DNA of 32,000 nt from Erysipelotrichaceae bacterium MTC7 (GCA_001695645.1 LVZN01000084.1:1-32000), one strand, 5' to 3'. Counted from the first letter of the stretch, positions 16,349 to 28,183 are shown. Numbers and translations are program-made. Notes: a model not told the origin generated them from the sequence alone.

Positions 16349-17026
16349 ATGGCTAAAGGTAGAAAATATGTAGAAGCGGCAAAATTAGTAGATGCTGACA
16401 AAAGTTACGCTATTAACGATGCAATCGCTTTATTAAAAAAAGCAAGTTACGCTAAATTTGACGAAAGTGTTGAATTATCAATGCGTTTAAACGTTGATCC
16501 ACGTCATGCGGACCAACAAATCCGTGGAGCGATCGTTCTTCCAAACGGAAGTGGACGTACACAAAAAGTTTGTGTAATCGCACAAGGAGCTCAAGAACAA
16601 GAAGCGAAAGATGCTGGAGCAGATTTCGTTGGTGGAAAAGAATTAATCGACGATATGAAAAAAGGTTGGTTAGATTTCGATGTAATCGTAGCAACACCTA
16701 ACATGATGGGTGAACTAGGAAAAATCGGGAAAATCTTAGGACCTAAAGGATTAATGCCAAACCCTAAAACTGGTACAGTAACAATGGACGTGAAAAAAGC
16801 CGTTGAAGATATCAAAAAAGGGAAAGTAGAATACCGTGTTGATAAAGATGGAAACATCAACGTACTTATGGGTAAAGTAAGTTTCGATGATGCAAAATTA
16901 GTTGAAAACTTCAACACATTATACGATGTTGTAGCTAAGGCTCGTCCAGCTGCAGTGAAAGGACAATACTTCTTAAACATTACATTAAGTAGTACAATGG
17001 GTCCTGGTATCAAAGTTGCTATTTAA
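16349..17026 (+). CDS. rplA: 50S ribosomal protein L1
   Basis: 225 aa. [18 protein letters not shown] and [14 protein letters not shown] motifs. Starts 9 nt after rplK. Confidence 0.95.
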   Translation: MAKGRKYVEAAKLVDADKSYAINDAIALLKKASYAKFDESVELSMRLNVDPRHADQQIRGAIVLPNGSGRTQKVCVIAQGAQEQEAKDAGADFVGGKELIDDMKKGWLDFDVIVATPNMMGELGKIGKILGPKGLMPNPKTGTVTMDVKKAVEDIKKGKVEYRVDKDGNINVLMGKVSFDDAKLVENFNTLYDVVAKARPAAVKGQYFLNITLSSTMGPGIKVAI

Positions 17027-17029
17027 TTG

Positions 17030-17058
17030 TTGACTTTATTGTAGATACCGTATAGAAT
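17030..17058 (+). promoter_or_regulatory. Sigma-A promoter of the rplJ-rplL leader
   Basis: TTGACT (17030-17035), 17 nt, TAGAAT (17053-17058). Confidence 0.6.
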
Positions 17059-17061
17059 AAC

Positions 17062-17185
17062 AATGTTTCAATATGCCATAGACAGTAACGGCGTTAACGC
17101 TTAATCATGTTACCGAGGTAAATGAGGAAAAATGTAAAACTTTTAACTCGTTTTGTCTATGTAAATGGATAAGACGAGTTTTTTA
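17062..17185 (+). promoter_or_regulatory. L10-type ribosomal protein leader with transcription attenuator
   Basis: Structured region (GUAAC...GUUAC helix, GCG-UUAA-CGC hairpin, ACCGAGG element). It is followed by the terminator CTCGTTTTGTC(17147-17157)/GATAAGACGAG(17168-17178) plus T6, 46 nt before rplJ. CATAGACA (17077-17084) is complementary to TGTCTATG (17154-17161) and could act as an antiterminator. Confidence 0.65.
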
Positions 17186-17230
17186 TTCTCTTAGGTATAT
17201 TGATCAAATATAAGTAAGAGGAGGTTAAAT

Positions 17231-17734
17231 ATGAAAGAAGCAGTATTACAAGCGAAACAGGAACTCGTAAACGAAATAAGCGATAAATTTAAAAACAGTG
17301 CTAGTAGCGTTGTTGTTGAATACCGTGGTTTATCAGTTGCTGAAGTAACAGAACTTCGTCGCGAATTACGTGAAGAAGGTGTAGACTTTACCGTTTACAA
17401 AAACTCAATGGTTGTGCGTGCAGCGGAAGATGCTGGTTATGAAGACTTAAAAGAAAACTTAACTGGACCTAACGCCTTTGCTTTCTCAGAAGATGCAGTA
17501 GCACCTTCAAGAGTATTAGCAAAATTTGCGAAAACGCATGAAGCATTAGTAATCAAAGCTGGTGTGGTTGAAGGAGAAGTTGTTGGACTTGAAACAATTA
17601 CAAAACTATCAAAACTACCAAACCGCGAGGGTATGATCTCTATGTTCTTAAGTTGCTTACAAGCACCTATTAGAGACTTCGCATGTGTTGTATCAGCAGT
17701 GCGTGACCAAAAACAAGAACAAGAACAAGCTTAA
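17231..17734 (+). CDS. rplJ: 50S ribosomal protein L10
   Basis: 167 aa. VVVEYRGLSVAEVTELRRELRE is typical of L10. RBS GAGGAGG. Confidence 0.95.
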   Translation: MKEAVLQAKQELVNEISDKFKNSASSVVVEYRGLSVAEVTELRRELREEGVDFTVYKNSMVVRAAEDAGYEDLKENLTGPNAFAFSEDAVAPSRVLAKFAKTHEALVIKAGVVEGEVVGLETITKLSKLPNREGMISMFLSCLQAPIRDFACVVSAVRDQKQEQEQA

Positions 17735-17763
17735 TTAAATAACATATAGGAGGAAAATTTATC

Positions 17764-18135
17764 ATGGCTAAATTAAATAAAGATGACGTAATTGCTTCTC
17801 TAAAAGAGATGACAATTCTTGAATTAAACGAACTAATCGAAGCAATCGAAGAAGAATTCGGAGTTACTGCTGCTGCACCAGTTGCTGTAGTTGCTGCTGA
17901 TGACGGAGCTGCTGCTGGAGAACCAACAGAAGTTACTGTAACAATCACTGAAGTTGGAGCTTCAAAAGTTAACGTAATTAAAGCAGTACGTGAAATTACT
18001 GGATTGGGATTATTAGAAGCTAAACAAAAAGTTGAAGCTACTCCTGCAGTAATTAAAGAAAACATTCCAGTGGCTGAAGCTGAAGAAATCAAAACTAAAT
18101 TAGTTGACGCTGGAGCAGCTGTAGAAGTTAAATAA
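17764..18135 (+). CDS. rplL: 50S ribosomal protein L7/L12
   Basis: 123 aa. Ala-rich hinge and the C-terminal domain [24 protein letters not shown]. Confidence 0.95.
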   Translation: MAKLNKDDVIASLKEMTILELNELIEAIEEEFGVTAAAPVAVVAADDGAAAGEPTEVTVTITEVGASKVNVIKAVREITGLGLLEAKQKVEATPAVIKENIPVAEAEEIKTKLVDAGAAVEVK

Positions 18136-18174
18136 TTTTACATTATCTTACTTATTAACACCAAAGGATGTGGT

Positions 18175-18780
18175 ATGATGTCTCACTATTATGAAGATAA
18201 TAAACATACAAAATCTAACCGGAAGGAATTCTCTTTCCGGTTTTGGTGTTTTGATTCAACCTTCATAAGTGACCATGGTGTCTTTAGTAAAGACGGCTTG
18301 GATGAAGGGACCAAAGTGCTACTATCAAGCATTGAAAACGAAGTGTTTCGTGACACGGTTCTCGATCTTGGATGTGGACTTGGAATTGTTGGAATATTAA
18401 TGAAAAAGCGTTATCCAGATACAAAAATCACAATGGTTGATGTAAATGATCGCGCACTTTTACTCGCAAAAGAAAATGCACAGAAGAATCAAGTTGATGT
18501 AGAGACTTTAAAGTCTGATGGTTTTGATTCTTTACATGAACGAAGATTCGAAAGCATTATTACCAACCCACCGATACGAGCAGGAAAACAAGTGGTTTAC
18601 AAACTACTTGGTGAAAGCTATGATCATTTGCAAGAAAATGGTCGTTTGTATTTTGTAATGCGTAAGTCACATGGTGCCAAAAGTGCACAGAAGTATGTGA
18701 ACTCCATCTTTGGCAATTGCACATTGTTGGCAAAAGATAAGGGGTTTTACGTCTATATGTCAAGTAAGAAACTCAAATAA
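18175..18780 (+). CDS. Class I SAM-dependent methyltransferase, RsmC/YbxB-like (probable 16S rRNA methyltransferase)
   Basis: 201 aa. N-terminus MSHYY...SDHGVFSKDGLDEGTKVLL, SAM motif LDLGCGLGIVG and ITNPPIRAGK. Same rplL-rpoB position as B. subtilis ybxB. Confidence 0.8.
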   Translation: MMSHYYEDNKHTKSNRKEFSFRFWCFDSTFISDHGVFSKDGLDEGTKVLLSSIENEVFRDTVLDLGCGLGIVGILMKKRYPDTKITMVDVNDRALLLAKENAQKNQVDVETLKSDGFDSLHERRFESIITNPPIRAGKQVVYKLLGESYDHLQENGRLYFVMRKSHGAKSAQKYVNSIFGNCTLLAKDKGFYVYMSSKKLK

Positions 18781-18784
18781 AACA

Positions 18785-18813
18785 TTGACATCTTGACGAA
18801 CTGTTGGTAATAT
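18785..18813 (+). promoter_or_regulatory. Sigma-A promoter (extended -10) of rpoB-rpoC
   Basis: TTGACA (18785-18790), 17 nt ending in TGg, TAATAT (18808-18813). Confidence 0.55.
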
Positions 18814-18897
18814 AATAAATTGCAATAAAGTAAAATTTTATGATGGGGTTACATGCCCTTTTCGTCGTTTTAAAATAGATAAGAAAGGAAGGCATTC

Positions 18898-21800
18898 ATG
18901 GCAAAAAAAGAAACATATCGTACTGTAAAAATCGGTAAAAAAGCTGAACGTAGAGATTATTCTAAAGTTAGTGGTGATCTTGAATTACCTAATCTAGTAG
19001 AAATACAAACGGACTCTTTTGACTGGTTTCAAAGCGAGGGTATCCAAGAGGTCTTTAACGAGATTTATCCGATTCAAAACCACAGTGGTAACATCAAGTT
19101 AAATTTCGTCGATTACGAATTCGAAGAACCTAAATTCGATGCTTCAGAATCAATGTATAGAGAAATTAACTATGCAACTTCATTGAAAGCAAAAATGGAA
19201 CTAGAAATTGAGGATCCAAACACAGGAGAATTAATTTCGAAAGAGGAGGATGTTTTCCTTGGTGAATTCCCAATTATGACTGATACGGGAACCTTTATCA
19301 TCAATGGAGCGGAACGTGTTATCGTTTCGCAAATCGTTCGTTCACCTGGTGCATACTTTGCAACCGGTGTGGAAGAAAAAACGGGACGTCCTACATACCA
19401 CTCAGAACTAATCCCTTCAAGAGGGACTTGGTTAGAGTTCCAAAGTGATATTAAAAAACAAACGGGAGGTCGTTTGTTGAATGTCTTAATCGACCGTAAA
19501 CGTAAGGTGGCAAGTACCATCCTTTTCAAAGCGCTTGGAATGTCGGTAGATTTAGATAACAACATCAATCCAAATGATTCTGAACAAATTCGTATTTTCT
19601 TAGAAACAATTGGACGTAATCTTGTTAGTGAATTGCCTGAAAATAGTGAAGAAAAAGAATACTTAGATTTATACTTAAACCTATATGGTTCTTACTTCGG
19701 TCAATACGAAGAAGTGGAAAACACATTATTCGATGAAAAAGTTGCAACTACGCAAGAAGCACTTTTAACGATTTATGAAAACCAAAGAGCGGATGAAATT
19801 CCAACCCTTGATGGATCAATCAACTTAATGAACCAAAAATTCTTTGATTCACGTCGTTATGACTTAACAAAAGCTGGTCGTTACAAACTGTCTAAGAAAT
19901 TATCAGTGGTTGACCGCATGTTCTCACACTACTTAGCACATGACATCGTTGATGTTGATGGAAAGGTATTGCACAAACAAGGAACGCTTGTTGACCGTAC
20001 CGTACGTGATGAACTACGTGAAGAAATGAAACGAGGAATGCACGTAACTGCGTTCCCATACAATACACTTTTCTACCACAACGATGTGGTAAGTGTTCCT
20101 GTTAGCTATGCAAGTGCCTTAGTGGGACGTGTCTTAGCAGAAGATGTAGAACTTAAAAAAGTTACCTTGTTTGAAAACACGGTATTAACAAAAGAAGATG
20201 TTGAATTACTGCAAAAAGAAGAAGTGGAAGAAATTGCTGTTTTAGCTGGTTTAATGGCCAAAGAAATCGCAATTACCAAAGACAACTTCAAAGCGGTTAT
20301 GGCATATGGTCAAACCCTATACACACTTGGACGTATCGTCGATGCAAAAGGAAACGATTTGACAGATGCTGAAGGTGAACTATTCACATACAACTTCTCT
20401 GAAAAAGATAAAGTTGCAACCTTGAATGAAACACAAGAAAAAGAACTTCGCGCCTTAGTTGAAAAAGGTAGTGTTCGTGCATACCTAATTGGATGTGCCG
20501 TGCAAGAAGTGAGTGTTCATACTGGAGATAACGTTCCAGTGAACATTATCGGAAACGATCCATTCTTAAACAAACACACAATTACGGTGTCTGATATGTA
20601 TGCATTGTATTCATACTCATTAACAAACATGCACGGTATTGGTGAAGATGACGATATCGATATGTTAGGAAACCGTCGTATCCGTTCGGTTGGTGAACTT
20701 ATCCAAAACCAATTCCGTATTGGTTTATCACGTATGGAACGTGTGGTGAAAGAACGTATGTCAATTGCGGAAATTGAAACGTTAACACCAAAGAAACTAA
20801 CAAACATTCGTCCATTGACAGCAGCAATTAAAGAATTCTTCTCGAGTTCACAATTGTCACAATTCATGGACCAACAAAACCCACTTGCCGAATTGACAAA
20901 CAAACGTCGTATTTCGGCGTTAGGACCTGGTGGTCTTACACGTGATCGTGCGGGATTCGAAGTGCGTGATGTTCACTCATCTCACTACGGACGTATTTGT
21001 CCAATTGAAACACCAGAGGGACCAAACATCGGTTTGATTTCCAACCTAACAACTTATGGAAAAATTAACGAGTATGGATTTATTCAAACACCATACCGTA
21101 TTGTAAAAGATGGAAAAGTTAGCGAAGACTGTGTGTACTTAAGTGCAGACGAAGAAGCTGACTACATTATTGCGCAAGCCAATGAGGTGGTTGATGGACA
21201 ACTTGTTAACGAACAAGTCGTTGCCAGATTAAATGGTGAAACGATCATGGCCGAACGCGAAAAAGTAGAACTTGCCGATGTCAGTCCAAAACAAATCGTT
21301 TCGGTAGCGACAGCATGTATTCCATTCTTGGAAAACGATGATGCTTCTCGTGCTTTAATGGGAGCGAACATGCAACGTCAAGCGGTACCTTTAATTAAGC
21401 CACAAAGTCCATTTGTTGGTACAGGTATCGAAAACAAAATTGCCAAAGACTCTGGTTCAGCAGTTGTTGCTGCAGAAGATGGTGTGGTTGATTTTGTTGA
21501 TGCAACACGTGTTGTTGTAAGTGAAAAAGGCGGAAAACGCGAATACAAACTTAAAAAATTCGAATGTTCAAACGCTGGTACTTCAATTAACCAAATGCCA
21601 ATCGTGCAAAAAGGTGAAAAAATTGAAAAAGGTGATGTCATTGTCGATGGACCTTCTATGCAAAATGGAGAGTTGGCATTGGGACAAAACGTTACCATTG
21701 CCTACATGACTTGGTATGGATATAACTATGAGGATGCGATCATTATGTCAGAACGCTTAGTGCGTGATGATGTATATACATCCATCCACATTGAAGATTA

Positions 21801-23106
21801 CGACATTGACTGTCGTGATACAAAACTAGGACCTGAAGAAATTACACGCGATATTCCAAACGTAAGTGAAGCTGCTTGTCGTAACTTAGACGAACGCGGA
21901 ATCGTTATGGTTGGTGCAGAAGTTAAAGAAGGTGACATCCTAGTTGGTAAAGTAACACCAAAAGGACAAAGCGAAGTGAGTCCTGAAGAAAAACTATTAT
22001 TGGCGATCTTCGGTGAAAAATCTCGTGAAGTTCGTGACAATAGTTTAAAAGTACCTCACGGTGGAGATGGTATCGTACATAGTGTACGTGTCTTCAAACG
22101 TAGTGAAGGTCACGATTTACCTCCAGGGGTAAACGAAACGGTAAAAGTATACATTGTTCAAAAACGTAAAATCTCTGAAGGGGATAAAATGGCCGGACGT
22201 CATGGTAACAAAGGGGTTATTTCTAAAATCTTACCGATTGAAGATATGCCATATATGCCAGATGGAACTCCAGTTGACATTATGTTGAACCCATTCGGGG
22301 TACCTTCACGTATGAACATTGGACAAGTTCTTGAGATTCACTTAGGATTCGCAGCTAAGAAATTGGGTGTTAAATTCTCGACTCCAGTATTCGATGGAAT
22401 CGATAATGAAGAATTAAGTGGAATCATGGATGAAGCAAGTATGACAAAAGATGGTAAATCTGTACTATACGATGGACGTACAGGGGAACCATTTGATGAA
22501 AGAATCTCAGTTGGGGTTATGTACATGATTAAGCTTGCCCACATGGTTGATGACAAGCTGCATGCACGTGCAACAGGACCTTACTCATTAGTAACGCAAC
22601 AACCGCTTGGAGGGAAAGCGCAAAATGGTGGTCAAAGATTTGGGGAAATGGAAGTTTGGGCTCTTGAAGCATATGGAGCAGCACACACATTACAAGAAAT
22701 CTTGACAATCAAATCGGATGATATCCAAGGACGTACAAAAACATATGAAGCTATCATCAAAGGTAAAGATATTCCTGAAGCGGGTATTCCTGAATCATTC
22801 AGAGTACTTGTTCACGAATTGCAAGCCTTAGCTATCGATGTGAAGATGTTTGATGACAATGGGGAATTGGTCGATATCAACAACCAAGAAGAACAAGCAC
22901 CTAAAGATAGTAGACAAGAAGCCAACAACCCTGATGTAACCATTGCTCAACTTGATGATGAACTTGCAAATGTTCACCTTGATGATGAAGAACAATTGGT
23001 TGAAGCAGAAGAAGAAATGGCAGCCGATGATCATGATCACGGTGATGAAGTAAAAGAAGAAATTAGCGATAGTGGGCTTGAAGCTTTACTAGACGTGATT
23101 GAATAG
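18898..23106 (+). CDS. rpoB: DNA-directed RNA polymerase subunit beta (expanded, 1402 aa)
   Basis: Conserved blocks throughout ([90 protein letters not shown]). Confidence 0.97.
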   Translation: MAKKETYRTVKIGKKAERRDYSKVSGDLELPNLVEIQTDSFDWFQSEGIQEVFNEIYPIQNHSGNIKLNFVDYEFEEPKFDASESMYREINYATSLKAKMELEIEDPNTGELISKEEDVFLGEFPIMTDTGTFIINGAERVIVSQIVRSPGAYFATGVEEKTGRPTYHSELIPSRGTWLEFQSDIKKQTGGRLLNVLIDRKRKVASTILFKALGMSVDLDNNINPNDSEQIRIFLETIGRNLVSELPENSEEKEYLDLYLNLYGSYFGQYEEVENTLFDEKVATTQEALLTIYENQRADEIPTLDGSINLMNQKFFDSRRYDLTKAGRYKLSKKLSVVDRMFSHYLAHDIVDVDGKVLHKQGTLVDRTVRDELREEMKRGMHVTAFPYNTLFYHNDVVSVPVSYASALVGRVLAEDVELKKVTLFENTVLTKEDVELLQKEEVEEIAVLAGLMAKEIAITKDNFKAVMAYGQTLYTLGRIVDAKGNDLTDAEGELFTYNFSEKDKVATLNETQEKELRALVEKGSVRAYLIGCAVQEVSVHTGDNVPVNIIGNDPFLNKHTITVSDMYALYSYSLTNMHGIGEDDDIDMLGNRRIRSVGELIQNQFRIGLSRMERVVKERMSIAEIETLTPKKLTNIRPLTAAIKEFFSSSQLSQFMDQQNPLAELTNKRRISALGPGGLTRDRAGFEVRDVHSSHYGRICPIETPEGPNIGLISNLTTYGKINEYGFIQTPYRIVKDGKVSEDCVYLSADEEADYIIAQANEVVDGQLVNEQVVARLNGETIMAEREKVELADVSPKQIVSVATACIPFLENDDASRALMGANMQRQAVPLIKPQSPFVGTGIENKIAKDSGSAVVAAEDGVVDFVDATRVVVSEKGGKREYKLKKFECSNAGTSINQMPIVQKGEKIEKGDVIVDGPSMQNGELALGQNVTIAYMTWYGYNYEDAIIMSERLVRDDVYTSIHIEDYDIDCRDTKLGPEEITRDIPNVSEAACRNLDERGIVMVGAEVKEGDILVGKVTPKGQSEVSPEEKLLLAIFGEKSREVRDNSLKVPHGGDGIVHSVRVFKRSEGHDLPPGVNETVKVYIVQKRKISEGDKMAGRHGNKGVISKILPIEDMPYMPDGTPVDIMLNPFGVPSRMNIGQVLEIHLGFAAKKLGVKFSTPVFDGIDNEELSGIMDEASMTKDGKSVLYDGRTGEPFDERISVGVMYMIKLAHMVDDKLHARATGPYSLVTQQPLGGKAQNGGQRFGEMEVWALEAYGAAHTLQEILTIKSDDIQGRTKTYEAIIKGKDIPEAGIPESFRVLVHELQALAIDVKMFDDNGELVDINNQEEQAPKDSRQEANNPDVTIAQLDDELANVHLDDEEQLVEAEEEMAADDHDHGDEVKEEISDSGLEALLDVIE

Positions 23107-23117
23107 GAGGCTAAAAG

Positions 23118-26100
23118 ATGAGTGTAAATAAATTTTCGTCAATTCAGATTAATTTAGCATCTCCTGAAAGAATCTTAGAGTGGTCTTACGGAGAAGTAAA
23201 AAAACCAGAAACAATCAACTACCGTTCACAAAAACCAGAACGTGATGGATTGTTCTGTGAAAAAATCTTTGGACCAAGCAAAGACTGGGAATGTTACTGT
23301 GGTAAATACAAAAAAGTACGTTACAAAGGTGTCATTTGTGACCGTTGTGGAGTTGAAGTAACAAAGTCTAGCGTTCGTCGTGAACGTATGGGACATATTT
23401 CTTTAGCTGCACCAGTTGCACACATCTGGTACTTACGTGGTATCCCTAGTCGTATGGGGTTGTTACTTGATGTAACACCTAAACAACTTGAAGAAGTAGT
23501 TTACTTCGTATCTTGGATTGTAACGGATCCAAAAGATACAAAGCTAGAATACAAAAAAGTTCTTTCGGAAAGAGAATATCGTGAAAACGTAGCACTTTAC
23601 GGTGCTGGAGCGTTTGAAGCAAAAACCGGAGCTGAAGCAGTAAAAGTATTGCTTGAGCAAGTGGATGTTGAAAGAGAATACAAAGCAATCCAAGATGCAC
23701 TTGAAGGTGCACAAGGAGAAAAACGTAACAAACTTATCAAACGTTTGGATACAGTGAATGCATTTAGAAATTCTGACAACAATCCTGAATGGATGGTACT
23801 GACTGAATTACCAGTTATCCCACCAGATTTACGTCCAATGTTACAACTTGATGGTGGACGTTTCGCAACAAGTGATCTAAACGACCTTTACCGTCGTGTC
23901 ATTACGCGTAACAACCGTTTGAAAAAATTATTGGAACTTGGAACCCCTGCAATTATCGTGCAAAACGAAAAACGTATGTTACAAGAAGCTGTTGATGCTT
24001 TAATTGACAACGGACGTCGTAGCAAACCAATTACAGGAGCTGGAGGACGTGCATTAAAATCACTTTCTCACTCACTTAAAGGGAAACAAGGGCGTTTCCG
24101 TCAAAACTTACTTGGTAAACGTGTGGACTTCTCAGGACGTTCAGTTATCGCGGTAGGTCCAGACTTAAAAATGTACCAATGTGGAATCCCTCGTGAGATG
24201 GCGATCCAATTATTTAAACCATATGTTATTAACGAAATCGTTAACCGCGAAATCGCTAGTAACCACAAAACTGCTGAAAAATTAATCGACAAAGGTGACC
24301 CAAGAATTTGGGACATCGTTGAAGATGTAATTGAAGGACACCCAGTTCTATTGAACCGTGCCCCTACACTTCACCGTCTTGGTATTCAAGCATATTTACC
24401 AAAACTTGTAGAAGGTAGAGCAATCCGTCTTCACCCACTTGTTTGTCCTGCCTTCAACGCGGACTTCGATGGTGACCAAATGGCGGTCCACGTTCCATTA
24501 AGTGAAGAAGCAAGAGCTGAAGCATACGTCTTAATGCTTGGTTCAAACAACATCCTTGGTCCAAAAGATGGAAAACCAATCGTTACGCCATCACAAGACA
24601 TGGTGCTTGGTAACTTCTACTTAACGATGGAAGAAACAAAAGAAGAATTCTATGCAGAAAGTAATGAATATCGTGAACTAGGTTGTGACAATGAAGCTGA
24701 CAAATGGAAAGCTTATGGTGACAATGAGGGTCATGCTTACAACAACATCAATGAAGTTATGATGGCTTATGAAGCAAACCAAGTTCACTTGCATACACGT
24801 ATTGCCCTTCACGGACGTTCACTTAAAAAAGCTGGATTTACAGAAGAGCAAAACAACTCGTACTTGGTAACAACGGTTGGTAAAGTAATCTTTAACAACA
24901 TCTTGCCAAAAGACTTCCCTTACATCAATGAGGTAAGTGAAGAAAACTTCGTTGCAACTCCAGACAAATACTTCTTCCCAATGGGAACAAATATGCCTGA
25001 AGTCATCGCTGGTTTAAAACCAGTTGAAGCAATGAAGAAAAAAGATTTAGGACTTGTTATCGGTCAAGTGTTTAAACGCTACTCGACAGTTGAAACAAGT
25101 GAAATTCTTGATGAAATCAAAAACAATGGATTTAAATACTCTACCGTTGCGGGTATTACAGTATCCTTAGCGGATATTGAAGTTGCCCCTAATAAGAAAA
25201 AATACGTGGATTACGGACGTGAAAAAGCAGCCGTGCTTATGGACTACCGTAAAAAAGGTAAACTTACAATGCAAGAGTGGGAACGTCTGTTGAACAAACT
25301 ATGGGATGATGTGAAAAAAGACATCTTGATTGAGTTTAAAGCGGCAATTGCTCGTAAAAACCCAATCAACATGATGGCGACTTCCGGAGCCCGTGGTAAC
25401 GATAGTAACTTTACCCAACTTGCAGGGATGCGTGGTTTGATGGCACGTCCATCACAATCAAAATCAGCTGCAGGTTACCAACCAAGTGTTATCGAGGTAC
25501 CAATTTATTCTTCATTCCGTGAAGGACTAAACGTATCTGAGTTCTTTACATCTACCCATGGGGTACGTAAAGGTCTTACCGATACAGCCTTGAAAACAGC
25601 GGAATCTGGATACTTAACACGTCGTTTAGTTGACGTTGCACAAGATGTTGTTGTGCGCGAAGAAGACTGTGGAACAGACCGTGGTTACCTAGTTGAAGAA
25701 ATCCGTGACCGTAAACAAGATACAAAAATCGAATCGTTATTTGATCGTCTTGTTGGTCGTTATACAAAAGATGCAATCTTCCACCCAGAAACTGGTGAAT
25801 TAATTATTGAAGCTGGTGAATTCATGGATGAAGATAAAGCACAAGAAATCGTTGATGCTGGTGTAAAACAAGTGATGATTCGTTCAGCCTTTACATGTCA
25901 AACCGTTCACGGTGTATGTAAAAAATGTTACGGACGTAACATGGCAACTGGTGAAGTTGTTGAAGTTGGAGAATCAGTTGGTACAATGGCTGCCCAAAGT
26001 ATCGGGGAACCAGGTACCCAACTTACGATGCGTACATTCCATACCGGTGGAGTTGCCGGTGGTGGAGATATCACGCAAGGGTTACCTCGTGTTGAGGAAC

Positions 26101-27038
26101 TATTTGAAGCTCGTTCACCAAAAGGTGCAGCTGTGCTTGCAAAAATTACTGGAGATATTGTTGAAATCAAACAACTTGAAGGTATTGGTGGAACAGAAGT
26201 TACCATTGCAAACGAAACAGAATCGATTGTCCACAAAGTTGGACCTACACAATCACTTCGTGCTTGGTTGATTGAAAAACCAAGTTCTAAGAAAGAACGT
26301 GACGAAATCGAGAAAAACCTAAAACCAGGACACGCAGTTCCTTGGCAATTAACAGCTGGTGATAAAATTACCGAAGGTCAAGTTGCACCAAAAGAACTTC
26401 TTGAAGTTGCTGGAGTACAAGATGTACAACAATACATTCTAAAAGAAGTTAAGAAAGTATATGCGAGTCAAGGTATTGATATTTCTGATAAACATATTGA
26501 GATCATGATCCGTCAAATGTTACGTCGTGTCGAAATTATCGAAGGTAATGACACTGGCTTAATCGCTGGAGAAAAAATCTCATTAACGAAGATTACAAAA
26601 ATTAACCGTGATGCACTATTATCTGGAAAACGTCCAGCAGTGTTTAGACCAACATTGCTAGGTATTTCCAAAGCGTCAGTCCAAACGGACTCATTCTTAT
26701 CAGCTGCATCATTCCAGGAAACAACAAAAGTATTAACGGATGCTGCAATTAACGGTAGCCGTGACCACCTTGTTGGGTTAAAGGAAAACGTAATCATCGG
26801 GAAATTGATTCCTGCTGGTACAGGTCTTGATGTAGACCGTGAATCAACTCGTTTGATTAACGAAAAAGCTGAAGAGTTACGTGCAAAACGTATTGCTGCT
26901 AACACAAAAGAAAGCGATGAAGAAGATAAGTTATTATCATTTGTGCCAAAAGAATTATTGGAACAAGATTCAGATGCGATCGATGCTGCAGTAGCTGAAG
27001 ATGAATTAAGTATTCAAGAAGGCGAAACAGAACTATAG
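23118..27038 (+). CDS. rpoC: DNA-directed RNA polymerase subunit beta' (1306 aa)
   Basis: Zinc-binding [23 protein letters not shown], catalytic [12 protein letters not shown], and the trigger-loop/bridge-helix blocks. Confidence 0.97.
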   Translation: MSVNKFSSIQINLASPERILEWSYGEVKKPETINYRSQKPERDGLFCEKIFGPSKDWECYCGKYKKVRYKGVICDRCGVEVTKSSVRRERMGHISLAAPVAHIWYLRGIPSRMGLLLDVTPKQLEEVVYFVSWIVTDPKDTKLEYKKVLSEREYRENVALYGAGAFEAKTGAEAVKVLLEQVDVEREYKAIQDALEGAQGEKRNKLIKRLDTVNAFRNSDNNPEWMVLTELPVIPPDLRPMLQLDGGRFATSDLNDLYRRVITRNNRLKKLLELGTPAIIVQNEKRMLQEAVDALIDNGRRSKPITGAGGRALKSLSHSLKGKQGRFRQNLLGKRVDFSGRSVIAVGPDLKMYQCGIPREMAIQLFKPYVINEIVNREIASNHKTAEKLIDKGDPRIWDIVEDVIEGHPVLLNRAPTLHRLGIQAYLPKLVEGRAIRLHPLVCPAFNADFDGDQMAVHVPLSEEARAEAYVLMLGSNNILGPKDGKPIVTPSQDMVLGNFYLTMEETKEEFYAESNEYRELGCDNEADKWKAYGDNEGHAYNNINEVMMAYEANQVHLHTRIALHGRSLKKAGFTEEQNNSYLVTTVGKVIFNNILPKDFPYINEVSEENFVATPDKYFFPMGTNMPEVIAGLKPVEAMKKKDLGLVIGQVFKRYSTVETSEILDEIKNNGFKYSTVAGITVSLADIEVAPNKKKYVDYGREKAAVLMDYRKKGKLTMQEWERLLNKLWDDVKKDILIEFKAAIARKNPINMMATSGARGNDSNFTQLAGMRGLMARPSQSKSAAGYQPSVIEVPIYSSFREGLNVSEFFTSTHGVRKGLTDTALKTAESGYLTRRLVDVAQDVVVREEDCGTDRGYLVEEIRDRKQDTKIESLFDRLVGRYTKDAIFHPETGELIIEAGEFMDEDKAQEIVDAGVKQVMIRSAFTCQTVHGVCKKCYGRNMATGEVVEVGESVGTMAAQSIGEPGTQLTMRTFHTGGVAGGGDITQGLPRVEELFEARSPKGAAVLAKITGDIVEIKQLEGIGGTEVTIANETESIVHKVGPTQSLRAWLIEKPSSKKERDEIEKNLKPGHAVPWQLTAGDKITEGQVAPKELLEVAGVQDVQQYILKEVKKVYASQGIDISDKHIEIMIRQMLRRVEIIEGNDTGLIAGEKISLTKITKINRDALLSGKRPAVFRPTLLGISKASVQTDSFLSAASFQETTKVLTDAAINGSRDHLVGLKENVIIGKLIPAGTGLDVDRESTRLINEKAEELRAKRIAANTKESDEEDKLLSFVPKELLEQDSDAIDAAVAEDELSIQEGETEL

Positions 27039-27044
27039 TCATTG

Positions 27045-27080
27045 AAAGCAGGGTTTGAAAGAGCCCTGCTTTTCATTTAT
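27045..27080 (+). terminator. Rho-independent terminator after rpoC
   Basis: AAAGCAGGG(27045-27053)/CCCTGCTTT(27064-27072), 10-nt loop, then TTTTCATTTATT. Confidence 0.65.
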
Positions 27081-27133
27081 TGTTGAGCAATGAACAAGGA
27101 TACAATCCGCCTGTGTATTTTTTGCAAAAAACA

Positions 27134-27163
27134 TTGACAAGAGTCTACCTATTGTTATATTAT
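27134..27163 (+). promoter_or_regulatory. Sigma-A promoter of rpsL-rpsG-fusA-tuf
   Basis: TTGACA (27134-27139), 18 nt, TATTAT (27158-27163). Confidence 0.5.
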
Positions 27164-27254
27164 AAACAGGCTAGTGGGTTCCAGTGATGGAACATTTATT
27201 ATGCCAAAGGATGGCACACCCGGAAATGTGTGCTTAGATTTGAAAGGAGAAATT

Positions 27255-27671
27255 ATGCCTACTATTAACCAATTAGTAAGAAAAGGTCGTCAAGACAAAG
27301 TTTGGGTTACAAAATCACCTGCTTTAAACAGAGGTTACAACTCTTTACGTTCTCGTCCAACAAAACAAGCTGCACCACAAAAACGTGGAGTATGTACTCG
27401 TGTTGGTACAATGACGCCAAAGAAACCAAACTCTGCATTACGTAAATATGCTCGTGTTCGTTTATCAAACGGAATGGAAGTAACTGCGTACATCGGTGGA
27501 ATCGGTCACAACCTTCAAGAGCACAGTGTTGTGCTTATCCGTGGAGGACGTGTTAAGGATTTACCAGGGGTACGTTACCACATCGTTCGTGGAACACTTG
27601 ACTGTGCTGGAGTTAATGACCGTAATCAATCAAGATCTTTATACGGTACGAAAAAACCAAAAGCGAAATAG
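27255..27671 (+). CDS. rpsL: 30S ribosomal protein S12
   Basis: 138 aa from the ATG at 27255 (AAAGGAG RBS): [13 protein letters not shown]..., [10 protein letters not shown]. The upstream in-frame extension to 27174 is leader sequence. Confidence 0.95.
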   Translation: MPTINQLVRKGRQDKVWVTKSPALNRGYNSLRSRPTKQAAPQKRGVCTRVGTMTPKKPNSALRKYARVRLSNGMEVTAYIGGIGHNLQEHSVVLIRGGRVKDLPGVRYHIVRGTLDCAGVNDRNQSRSLYGTKKPKAK

Positions 27672-27700
27672 TCGCAAACTAAGAAGAAGGAGGAAATACT

Positions 27701-28171
27701 ATGCCTAGAAAAGGACATGTCCCTAAACGTGATGTATTGGTCGATCCAATTTACAACTCGAAATTAGTTACTCGCTTAATTAATAAGATCATGGTAGATG
27801 GGAAAAGAGGAGTTGCTCAAACAATTCTTTACAATGCATTCGATATTATCGAAGTAAAAACAGAAAAGAAACCAATGGAAGTATTTGAAGCTGCGTTAGA
27901 AAACGTTATGCCTATGTTAGAACTTAAAGCACGTCGTGTTGGGGGATCTAACTACCAAGTACCAGTTGAAGTTTCTGCTGAAAGACGTTTAACATTAGGA
28001 CTTCGTTGGATTGTAAACTACGCTCGTTTACGTAACGAAAAAACAATGGAACAAAGATTAGCTGCTGAAATTATGGATGCAGCTGCAGGAAATGGAGCTT
28101 CCGTGAAAAAACGTGAGGATATCCATAAAATGGCAGAAGCAAACAAAATGTTTGCTCACTACCGTTGGTAG
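27701..28171 (+). CDS. rpsG: 30S ribosomal protein S7
   Basis: 156 aa. [28 protein letters not shown]. Confidence 0.95.
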   Translation: MPRKGHVPKRDVLVDPIYNSKLVTRLINKIMVDGKRGVAQTILYNAFDIIEVKTEKKPMEVFEAALENVMPMLELKARRVGGSNYQVPVEVSAERRLTLGLRWIVNYARLRNEKTMEQRLAAEIMDAAAGNGASVKKREDIHKMAEANKMFAHYRW

Positions 28172-28183
28172 GAGGTTATTTGC

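Noticed and set aside
16057-18092. Long antisense ORFs (114, 140 and 140 aa) opposite rplK, rplA and rplL
   Set aside because: The opposite strand of highly biased, stop-poor ribosomal protein genes (GCT/GAA-rich) often stays open. The translations are Ser/Ala/Thr-rich with no starts backed by an RBS. The same applies to the many 60-130 aa antisense ORFs in rpoB, rpoC, fusA and tuf.
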